From an uncultured Candidatus Saccharibacteria bacterium (GTDB taxonomy: Bacteria > Patescibacteriota > Minisyncoccia > Phycocordibacterales > PALSA-1337): a DNA stretch of 64,000 nt. Numbering within the stretch: position 1 is the stretch's first letter; each line of letters opens with the position of its first letter. The notes under the pieces were generated by a model. It was not told the DNA's origin and searched no databases. It was given only the letters and a program-made list of their open reading frames with translations. Position numbers and translations under genes: made by a program. The stretch is taken from positions 5,159 through 69,158 of the forward strand of contig CAYHLX010000001.1 of assembly GCA_964357605.1 (NCBI GenBank), read 5' to 3'. This document shows positions 9,603 through 17,837 of this stretch, piece by piece.

Positions 9603-11990
9603 AACCCCAAGAAATACGTGCTACTCTCTGCACTTGTAGCTGTTATCATTCTCACCATCCTCTTCAACCTCGGAGATATTACATCCAAGGAGATTGTCCA
9701 GTATATCCCACCTATTACCTCCCAATCCCAAACAGCCGCAGTGTCTGACTTCAACTCTAGTTTAGTAGCTCACTATACATTTGATGACACTACCAACGAT
9801 TCTGCAGGATCTAACCACGGTACAGCTGTAGGTGGACCGACGTATACTACTGGCAAGATCGGGAGGGGCTTACAATTTAACAATGATGGTGCGTTTAATA
9901 GCCCGATGCATGTTGTCAGTTCATCTGTTTCCCTCAGCTCTGACTGGTCCGTGTCCTTTTGGGTTTTAAGGATTTCAAATGTCGGGGCGGCTCAATATGC
10001 CGTTTCAATGACTGATGCTACAGGTATACTTGTAAAAGATAGTAGTGGCATTAATAATTGGGGATTTTTTGATGGCACAACAGTTTTAAATGGGTCGGCA
10101 CAGATACCAATACAGAGCTGGACTTTCATAACTGTTACGAAATCGGGAACTACTTATACCCTTTATATAAATGGAGCTTCTGATACTTCTGGTACACTTA
10201 ATGATGTAGATATAAGTAGAATAATGATAGGAGTTAGGTCATCTAATTTTCTTGGGATGCACGGAACACTTGATGACGTTCGCATATATGATCGTGCATT
10301 GAGTGCTGGAGAAGTAAGTCAACTCCATACACTTGGTAGTGGAGGAACTGTCATAGCACCGGATCCAACCCCCACTTCTCAACCAATACCAGTTCCAGAT
10401 CCAGTAGTAGTCACTCCACCTCCAGTTCAACAACAAGTACCACCACCTGTAGTATCTGGTTCGCAAACATACTATATAGACTATGTCTCAGGCAACAATG
10501 CGAACAACGGTACCTCAAAGACTACTCCTTGGAAGGTTCATCCATTCATGAAAGGTTTTACTGGTAGCTATTCACACAAGGCAGGAGACAGATTCATTTT
10601 TAAAGGTGGTGTGACGTGGCCAAACTCATCATTTCAGATGAATATTACCGCCGGTGGAAGCAGTGACAGTGTGCGTGACTATTATGGTGTTGACAAGACT
10701 TGGTATGCCGGTTCCTCGTGGGCTAGACCGGTGTTTGATTTTGAGAATACCCTTATATCCGGTGGCGGTTTTAATTCGGTCGGCCTCCTGATTAATAGTG
10801 CAAACTATATCACAATTGATGAAATAGATTTTGCTAGATACAGAACACCGGCGGTAGGAGCGGGCGACTATGGTTCAGGTACATTAGTCCTCATCGGTTC
10901 ATCCAGTAATATCACCATACAAAATTGTATTGTCCGCGACTGGTCAAATGGTGGTGGTGCCGATGGTGGTTCTGGCGGAGGTATCTGGTCATTTTCAAGT
11001 GGTAGTGGAAACAAAGTCTTGCATTGCATCTTTCATGGCTTTAATACCAATATAAAAGGAGGACGTGCATTATCATTTTATGGTGAGATCGGTTTCAATG
11101 AAGCATATGATTTGAGCACTTTCCTTATGGGTGGAGGCGATGTTCATGATAATTATGTACATAATATGAAAGGTGCCACAGACCCGAATAATCATGAAAA
11201 CGCCTTTTATATAATGGGTGTCAGCAAATTGTACAATAATCTTCTACATGACATTGATCCGGGTAGCTCTTCGTATTATCTAGAACCAGGTTTCTCCAGT
11301 CCATCGGGTACAACAATGGTCTATAATAATGTCGCTTTTAATGTTGGAAATGATGCCCCGATTTCAATCGAGACTGATGGACAGTACGCAGCTTCACAGA
11401 ATATAAAAATTTTCAATAACACTGTTGAACATGGAGTAGGTAATTGTATCCGAACTGTATTGCGCGGAAGCCAACATATTGGCTCGCTTGAAGTCGCTAA
11501 TAATCATTGTATAACTACTGGACCAGCCAAGGATTTTCCTACAGCGACAGTTACAACTCTTACGGACCGGGGTACCGACATAGTTCAGACTCATGCTCAG
11601 GCCGCGTCATCTGGTGCGACTCCTACAAATCGTTACCGGCCGACGTCTGCCAGTTCTCCTGCGATCAATGTTGGGCTATCGCTTCCTAGTTACTTCACGT
11701 CTGACAAATTAGGAGTCGTCCGTCCCCAAAGTACGGTATGGGATGTAGGCGCCTACGAATACCAAGGAAGCGGAACAAATCCTCCTGTAGTCACTCCCCC
11801 CATCACCCCACCAGTAACACCCCCAACCTACAAACCCGGCGACTTCAACAGAGACGGAGCAGTCAATGCCCTAGACTTCTCACTCTTGTCAGGTGCCTGG
11901 AATACCAATACCTCTACATATGATCTAAACAGTGATGGTATTGTGAATACTCTAGACTACGTCATCATGGTGCAGAATTGGACGGGGTAG
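9600..11990 (+). CDS. Surface protein: TM, LamG, Pro linker, beta-helix, dockerin-like domain
   Basis: Paralog of 5652-8060. TYYIDYVSGNNANNGTSK.TPWK, WDVGAYE, C-terminal GDFNRDGAVNALD/DLNSDGIVNTLD. Confidence 0.85.
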   Translation: MNPKKYVLLSALVAVIILTILFNLGDITSKEIVQYIPPITSQSQTAAVSDFNSSLVAHYTFDDTTNDSAGSNHGTAVGGPTYTTGKIGRGLQFNNDGAFNSPMHVVSSSVSLSSDWSVSFWVLRISNVGAAQYAVSMTDATGILVKDSSGINNWGFFDGTTVLNGSAQIPIQSWTFITVTKSGTTYTLYINGASDTSGTLNDVDISRIMIGVRSSNFLGMHGTLDDVRIYDRALSAGEVSQLHTLGSGGTVIAPDPTPTSQPIPVPDPVVVTPPPVQQQVPPPVVSGSQTYYIDYVSGNNANNGTSKTTPWKVHPFMKGFTGSYSHKAGDRFIFKGGVTWPNSSFQMNITAGGSSDSVRDYYGVDKTWYAGSSWARPVFDFENTLISGGGFNSVGLLINSANYITIDEIDFARYRTPAVGAGDYGSGTLVLIGSSSNITIQNCIVRDWSNGGGADGGSGGGIWSFSSGSGNKVLHCIFHGFNTNIKGGRALSFYGEIGFNEAYDLSTFLMGGGDVHDNYVHNMKGATDPNNHENAFYIMGVSKLYNNLLHDIDPGSSSYYLEPGFSSPSGTTMVYNNVAFNVGNDAPISIETDGQYAASQNIKIFNNTVEHGVGNCIRTVLRGSQHIGSLEVANNHCITTGPAKDFPTATVTTLTDRGTDIVQTHAQAASSGATPTNRYRPTSASSPAINVGLSLPSYFTSDKLGVVRPQSTVWDVGAYEYQGSGTNPPVVTPPITPPVTPPTYKPGDFNRDGAVNALDFSLLSGAWNTNTSTYDLNSDGIVNTLDYVIMVQNWTG
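11831..11990 (+). repeat. Dockerin-coding DNA repeat, copy 2
   Basis: 152/160 identical to 7901-8060 and 156/160 identical to 16242-16401 (manual alignment). Confidence 0.95.
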
Positions 11991-12073
11991 ATGGGGTAAA
12001 CAGCCAAAATCGTGAAAATAGCTTAATTTTATCGGTTTTTCACGATTTACTTCATCATGGTGCAGAATTGGAC
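11991..12073. repeat. Mini-element: 12-bp inverted repeat followed by a 22-bp direct copy of the dockerin 3' end
   Basis: AAATCGTGAAAA (12007-12018) / TTTTCACGATTT (12037-12048). TCATCATGGTGCAGAATTGGAC at 12052-12073 is identical to 11962-11983. Confidence 0.85.
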
Positions 12074-12120
12074 TAACTAATGTTGATAAGTTACAGATGG
12101 AATAGTGTATAATAACACCC

Positions 12121-15100
12121 ATGGCCCACCCAAAGACACTTCACAGCATCATCGCACTCATAGCCTGTGCAGGTATCATATTAGCAATTATATTTAGCAC
12201 TAACTCATCACCTGACTCTGTCTCTCTCACCCTCTCACCAGAGAGTAGATCAACTCCAGTCGGAGAAACATTCACTATAGACATAGTCCTCAATACCGCC
12301 AAACAAACAGTATACGGAGTAGACATCAATCGACTACGCTTTGATCCTCGTATTCTAGAGGTAGTTGATATAGATACAGCTACACCAGGAACACAAATAA
12401 CAGCTGGCTCCCTCATGGACGCTACAGTCTTCAACTCTGCTGACAATACTCTCGGTACTATACAGTTCTCTCAAGTCATGACTCCAGGTACCAGTGGAAC
12501 TAACTCATTTACTGGCTCTGGTACTCTCGCTACCGTCACCTTCAAGGTAGTAGCTGAAGGTAAATCAGACATATTCATTGACTTTACCCCTGGCTCAAGT
12601 ACAGCTTCAAATGTCGCTGGACAATCAGGCAATCTCCTATCAGTAGTCAATGGTGGATCATACAAGGGTACACGATCACTTCTCTCAACTATCACTTCTC
12701 AATCTCAAATGGCTGCTGTGGCTGACTTTAACTCTAGTCTCGTTGCTCACTATACTTTTGATGGTAATACCAATGACGGAGCTGGTTCTAACAATGGGAC
12801 TGCAAGTGGTGGACCGACGTATACTACAGGCAAAATTGGACAAGGGCTCAGTCTTGACGGTAGCGATGACAAGATAACTTTTACCGCATTCAATGTACCT
12901 TCAAGCTTTACCATATCAACATGGGTCAACCCTGGGTCAAGTCAATCAAGAGATTGGTCGCAGATTCTAGGGGAAGTTAATACGGGCAGTGGGTTACATT
13001 ATAAAAGAGGGGCAAATAAAATTTCCTATTATTTTTCTGGAGGTGATCATTTGACTAACGGATCTCTAAATGCGGGTCAGTGGCACCATGTTGCTTTGGT
13101 TCAAAACTCTGGTAATTATACGTTTTATATAAATGGTTCTGCTGATGCGAGTGGTACAGGAGGTGTGAGTTTCAATCCTTACATCATAGGTCACAATCAC
13201 TGGGGCGAAACATTTGCCGGTTCACTGGATGACATGCGCATCTACAATCGCGCGCTTGACTCGAGTGAAGTGAGTCAACTCTACGCTCTCGGCAGTGGAG
13301 GTGGTACACCCGCGCCAACACCGGATCCTACGCCTACTCCGATACCAGATCCGACACCAACGCCCAGTCCGACAACCTGTTCTTCCTTTACTTACTCCAG
13401 TTGGGGTACGTGCACAAATAGTACCCAAAGTCGTACCGTGACTTCTTCTTCACCTACTGGTTGTACTGGCGGATCACCGATAACTACTCAGTCTTGTGTG
13501 GTTACAACACCTACTCCGACACCACCTGTAGTAACACCAACACCTTCGCCAATTCCTGGAAACACGACATGTCAGGCAATCAATGGTCATAAGTGCTGGT
13601 ATGTAAATTCTTCAGCGACAGGGTTAAATAATGGTACATCTTGGCAAGATGCATGGAGAAGCTTTGCAGATGTTCAGTTAAAAAATCCCTACCGTGCGTG
13701 CGGCGCGCCTACAGGATGCCTCAATTCTGGGGATACACTCTATATTTCGGGCGGCCCTAGCGGATCCAGCAGAACTTATTCAGGTATTTCTTATACATCC
13801 CCTCAGGGAGTAGGATTTGTTTTTGATGTTGGCCATGAGGAAACTGCAAGGTATGCTACAACTCGTGCAGATGGGATTAAAATAAGGCCAGGACAAGATG
13901 CCGGGCACAATGGCAAAGTGATAATTGATGCCGGAGGGCAGGTAGGAATTGGAGCAAATAATTCTCAATATGTCACAATTGATGGGGAATATAATGGTCA
14001 GAGAAATATCGTTATCAGAAATTCATCTGCCGGAATTACCGTCGTTTCAAGTAATGATGCAATAATTCGCTACGTTGAGATTGATAACGTCTCTTCTATA
14101 GCCATATCGGCAGGACAAACACAAAGAGGAGGTGAAATAGCATACAATTATATCCATCAAGTTCGTGGCGAAGCGGCGATCAACTGCAATGGCACAAACA
14201 ATGAACAAGGAAGTCCCAATCATGGCTATGATAAGATGTTGATTCATCACAATGAAATTCAGCTCAATCGCTGGGATCCCAGTCTGGAACCTTCCAGGAA
14301 TGCTGCAGCTGATGGAATTGGTCCTGATGGAATACAGGGTTGCTATGGCCTGAGCTTCTATAACAATTACATTTATCACAAGCCGGGAATGCTCGCGCCA
14401 CGTTCACAGCATCCGGACATGATCCAATCCGGTGGGGCATACTTGAAAGTATATAATAACGTTTTTGAGAATATGACAGATTCTGCAGTGGATTTTGACT
14501 CACCTTTTGTTGGAAAGGTTAGAATATTCAACAACATATTTAAGTCAACACTCTATACAGGTATACCAAGCGGCATTCGCATGTATTCTTCTGGCACATG
14601 GGGTCCTTTTACAAGCCTAGATGATGTTTATATTCTCAACAATCTTTTTGTTGATACTGGTTATTCTGAACGGGGAGGAAGTCCGATAGGTTTTGGCGCA
14701 GGTTCTGTAACGGCATCAAATATTCACATACTCAACAATATATTCTACAACTCAGGGCATAGTAATTATGGGTCACTCATTAATTCGGCAGCTTCTTCTG
14801 GATTTACTCATTCTGATTTTGATATAGGATACAATCTTGTTGATGCTGGATTGCATGGCACGACTAATATCATTCTTGATGGCACTGCCTTTACACAGCA
14901 TCATCCTCTGAGCGGAAAACCTGCTTGGGTTTCGTATAGTGAAGCTTCACCATCTAATAATTTTAAATTAACGGGATCTGATACATTTGCAATCGATAAG
15001 GGAACAAACTTAACAAACTTGTGCAGTGTGATTGGTCTATCTGAGCTTTGCGCTGACGCAGAAAATAAACCGAGACCTTCTGTCGGAGCATGGGAAATAG

Positions 15101-16401
15101 GAACATACGAATACAACGGCTCTGGCGGAACGCCGACTCCACCTCCAGTAACGCCACCGCCACCGCCACCGCCTTCACCTTTATCCACTTACTACGTTTC
15201 TCCTTCAGGCAATGATTCAAACGCGGGAACATCAGCATCACCATTCCGTACTATCCAAAAAGCCGCTAACATAGTTATTCCTGGAGATACAGTCGTCGTT
15301 AGAAATGGAACATATACTGATACGGATGGAAATAATATCATAGCAACCATCGGTAGGGGCGGTGCGGCTGGAGCACCAGTAACTTTCCGTTCGGAAAATC
15401 CTTTCGGTGCCATATTGAGTGGAAACAATACTGCCGGATTCGGATTTATTTTTGGAAATAATATCAACTATGTCAACATAGAAGGATTTGAAATTAAAGA
15501 TATTGTTGAGGCAGGGATCAACATCAACGAATCAAATTCATATATTACTATTAAGGATAATCGTATTCACCACATTGGTCACATTCAGACACACACACTA
15601 TACGGCATGAGTTGTATTGATGTGGGAAGTAGGGCTCATCATATTACTGTTGCAGGCAATACTATTTATTCCTGCGGAAGGCTGAACCCAAATAATACAA
15701 ACCTTGAAATTCTGGACTCAACCTGTATTACGCCGGTTGGCTATGTCTTTCCTGGAAATGGCATCACATATTCAAAGGAAAACACTTGCTACAACCATGA
15801 TCATGGCATATATGTAAGAGGTGATGATATCAATATTACTAACAATACATTCTACGATATGAAATCTGGTTGGGGAGTGCATGTATATGATGATGCGGCT
15901 CTAAAAGAGCGTATTACTATCACTGGCAACACATTTGCAGATGCCAATCCACAAAGAAACGGCCAGATCATTATCGGTCCACAGACAAGCAATCTGCGTA
16001 TCGAAAGTAATATTTTCTACAATCCATCAGTCTCTGCCATCAGGCTCGGAGACACTTGTGCTGCAGCCGGTCTCACCAGTATCACTATACAGAACAACTC
16101 AACCAACATCGGAGATCTCATCTCAGGAGCCGACGTATCATGCGGGTATACTATCTCCGGCAATCTTCTCAATCAAAATTTCCAATTTGCAAATGAAGCA
16201 GGAAGAGATTATCGTCTCATATCCGGCCAACCTATCGTCAACAAACCAGGCGACTTCAACAGAGACGGAGCAGTCAATGCCCTAGACTTCTCACTCTTGT
16301 CAGGTGCCTGGAATACCAATACCTCTACATATGATCTAAACAGTGATGGTATTGTGAATACTCTAGACTATGTGATCATGGTGCAAAATTGGACGGGGTA
16401 G
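12121..16401 (+). CDS. Large surface protein: TM, cohesin-like, LamG, Cys-containing repeat, two beta-helix domains, dockerin-like domain
   Basis: VGETFTIDIVLNT...GVDI..L.FDP..LEV...GTLATVTFKV (cohesin-like). LamG. YVNSSATG.NNGTSWQDAW and YYVSPSGNDSNAGT..SPFRTIQKA beta-helix caps. C-terminal dockerin. Confidence 0.8.
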   Translation: MAHPKTLHSIIALIACAGIILAIIFSTNSSPDSVSLTLSPESRSTPVGETFTIDIVLNTAKQTVYGVDINRLRFDPRILEVVDIDTATPGTQITAGSLMDATVFNSADNTLGTIQFSQVMTPGTSGTNSFTGSGTLATVTFKVVAEGKSDIFIDFTPGSSTASNVAGQSGNLLSVVNGGSYKGTRSLLSTITSQSQMAAVADFNSSLVAHYTFDGNTNDGAGSNNGTASGGPTYTTGKIGQGLSLDGSDDKITFTAFNVPSSFTISTWVNPGSSQSRDWSQILGEVNTGSGLHYKRGANKISYYFSGGDHLTNGSLNAGQWHHVALVQNSGNYTFYINGSADASGTGGVSFNPYIIGHNHWGETFAGSLDDMRIYNRALDSSEVSQLYALGSGGGTPAPTPDPTPTPIPDPTPTPSPTTCSSFTYSSWGTCTNSTQSRTVTSSSPTGCTGGSPITTQSCVVTTPTPTPPVVTPTPSPIPGNTTCQAINGHKCWYVNSSATGLNNGTSWQDAWRSFADVQLKNPYRACGAPTGCLNSGDTLYISGGPSGSSRTYSGISYTSPQGVGFVFDVGHEETARYATTRADGIKIRPGQDAGHNGKVIIDAGGQVGIGANNSQYVTIDGEYNGQRNIVIRNSSAGITVVSSNDAIIRYVEIDNVSSIAISAGQTQRGGEIAYNYIHQVRGEAAINCNGTNNEQGSPNHGYDKMLIHHNEIQLNRWDPSLEPSRNAAADGIGPDGIQGCYGLSFYNNYIYHKPGMLAPRSQHPDMIQSGGAYLKVYNNVFENMTDSAVDFDSPFVGKVRIFNNIFKSTLYTGIPSGIRMYSSGTWGPFTSLDDVYILNNLFVDTGYSERGGSPIGFGAGSVTASNIHILNNIFYNSGHSNYGSLINSAASSGFTHSDFDIGYNLVDAGLHGTTNIILDGTAFTQHHPLSGKPAWVSYSEASPSNNFKLTGSDTFAIDKGTNLTNLCSVIGLSELCADAENKPRPSVGAWEIGTYEYNGSGGTPTPPPVTPPPPPPPSPLSTYYVSPSGNDSNAGTSASPFRTIQKAANIVIPGDTVVVRNGTYTDTDGNNIIATIGRGGAAGAPVTFRSENPFGAILSGNNTAGFGFIFGNNINYVNIEGFEIKDIVEAGININESNSYITIKDNRIHHIGHIQTHTLYGMSCIDVGSRAHHITVAGNTIYSCGRLNPNNTNLEILDSTCITPVGYVFPGNGITYSKENTCYNHDHGIYVRGDDINITNNTFYDMKSGWGVHVYDDAALKERITITGNTFADANPQRNGQIIIGPQTSNLRIESNIFYNPSVSAIRLGDTCAAAGLTSITIQNNSTNIGDLISGADVSCGYTISGNLLNQNFQFANEAGRDYRLISGQPIVNKPGDFNRDGAVNALDFSLLSGAWNTNTSTYDLNSDGIVNTLDYVIMVQNWTG
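16242..16401 (+). repeat. Dockerin-coding DNA repeat, copy 3
   Basis: 156/160 identical to 11831-11990 (manual alignment). Confidence 0.95.
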
Positions 16402-16531
16402 GGGTGAAAGTAACTCAAGATGGTAAAAATAGTATTGTAAATTATGTTCAAGAATAAGGGTATTTTAGGTCTTTTTCCTAGATATAAAATTGCACTTTAC
16501 ATCTAGTCAAGATTAATGTAAACTACCATTT

Positions 16532-17725
16532 ATGAATAAAGTATTTTATCCGAGAAAAATATATCCTGAATTAAAGGAACATTTGGAGAGTGATGATGTC
16601 ATGATTATTACTGGCATGCGTCGTACCGGAAAGACTACATTGGTAGAACATATTCTTTCGGAAATAAATTCAAGTAACAAGATATTTTTAGATTTGGAGA
16701 AAATAAGTAATCAGGAAATATTTGGTGATAAAAATTATGATAATGTCATTATTAGTTTAGAACAACAGGGTTTATCTCAGAAGGAAAGAATGTATGTGGC
16801 CTTGGATGAAATCCAGACTATGCCGAACATACCGAGTGTAATCAAATATCTTCATGATCACTATAATATAAAGTTCATTCTTACCGGATCTAGTTCTTAC
16901 TATCTAAAAAATTTATTTACTGAGTCTCTCTCTGGAAGAAAGAAACTTTTTGAACTACATCCTCTGGATTTTGGAGAATTTTTGACTTTCAAAAATGTCT
17001 CATATAAACGACTTGATAGTATAGATTCAGTAGAAACTTTTAATATGCATGAGTATGAAAGACTGAAAGCTTACTATGAAGAATATATTGAGTATGGTGG
17101 TTTTCCAAAAGTTGTACTTGCTCCGTCTGTCAAAGATAAAAAAGATATTCTTGATGATATAATCAGCTCGTACATCAATGTTGATATAAAAAGTATCGCT
17201 GATTTCAAAGATGCTTCAGCAGTTCTCAATATAGCAAAAATGCTGGCGGCCAGGATAGGGGGTAAGCTCGATTATTCCAAATTATCTAGACTGACAGGGC
17301 TCACTCGACCAACGATCGTCAATTATATGTATCTATTTGAACGGACGTATCTCATTTCTCTCATTCCTGTTCATACCAAAAATCCTGATAGAGAAATAGT
17401 TAAGGCTCAAAAAATATATTTTTCGGATAGCGGGCTTGCTGGAATACTTGCTGGTATAGACAGTGGTTCAAAATTTGAAAATACTATTTTCAATCAGCTT
17501 AGACATAAGAGAGAATTAAAGTATTATTCCCTAAAGACTGGCAATGAAATTGATTTTATTGTTGACAAAAAACTAGCATTAGAAGTGAAGGAAACCCCTA
17601 CAGAATTTGACATAAAAAATCTTGCATATTTAGCGGACAAAGCAGGGGTTGTATCTTATAAATTAGTAGGTAGACATCACACTCCCAATTTTTCTAATTA
17701 TATATGGGGTGGAAGTATTTTATGA
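16532..17725 (+). CDS. AAA+ ATPase (AAA_14 + DUF4143 type)
   Basis: Walker A GMRRTGKT, Walker B LDEIQ, LTGSS, ESLSGRK, YGGFP, KIYFSDSG, C-terminal EIDFI...LEVK. AT-rich relative to its neighbours. Confidence 0.9.
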   Translation: MNKVFYPRKIYPELKEHLESDDVMIITGMRRTGKTTLVEHILSEINSSNKIFLDLEKISNQEIFGDKNYDNVIISLEQQGLSQKERMYVALDEIQTMPNIPSVIKYLHDHYNIKFILTGSSSYYLKNLFTESLSGRKKLFELHPLDFGEFLTFKNVSYKRLDSIDSVETFNMHEYERLKAYYEEYIEYGGFPKVVLAPSVKDKKDILDDIISSYINVDIKSIADFKDASAVLNIAKMLAARIGGKLDYSKLSRLTGLTRPTIVNYMYLFERTYLISLIPVHTKNPDREIVKAQKIYFSDSGLAGILAGIDSGSKFENTIFNQLRHKRELKYYSLKTGNEIDFIVDKKLALEVKETPTEFDIKNLAYLADKAGVVSYKLVGRHHTPNFSNYIWGGSIL

Positions 17726-17730
17726 CACCA

Positions 17731-17767
17731 AGACTAGCGTCTCATGGTGCAGAATTGGACGGGGTAG
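17731..17767 (+). repeat. Copy of the dockerin-gene 3' end downstream of the AAA+ ATPase
   Basis: AGACTAGCGTCTCATGGTGCAGAATTGGACGGGGTAG. The last 26 nt (17742-17767) are identical to the ends of copies 1 and 2, including the TAG. Confidence 0.9.
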
Positions 17768-17837
17768 AATGGCATCTACACCCTAGGTTATTAACAGAGT
17801 AAACTCCCTGAATTGCATTTTGTGATATCATTAACCC

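Noticed and set aside
7901-16401. Dockerin repeats as additional DGR VR/TR pairs
   Set aside because: Mismatches are mostly synonymous and include C/T and G/C changes, so they are not adenine-specific. No similarity to the TR.
8031-17767. Recurrent ~22-26 bp repeat as a CRISPR repeat
   Set aside because: Spacing is irregular (about 70 bp to over 4 kb), and half the copies are protein-coding gene ends.
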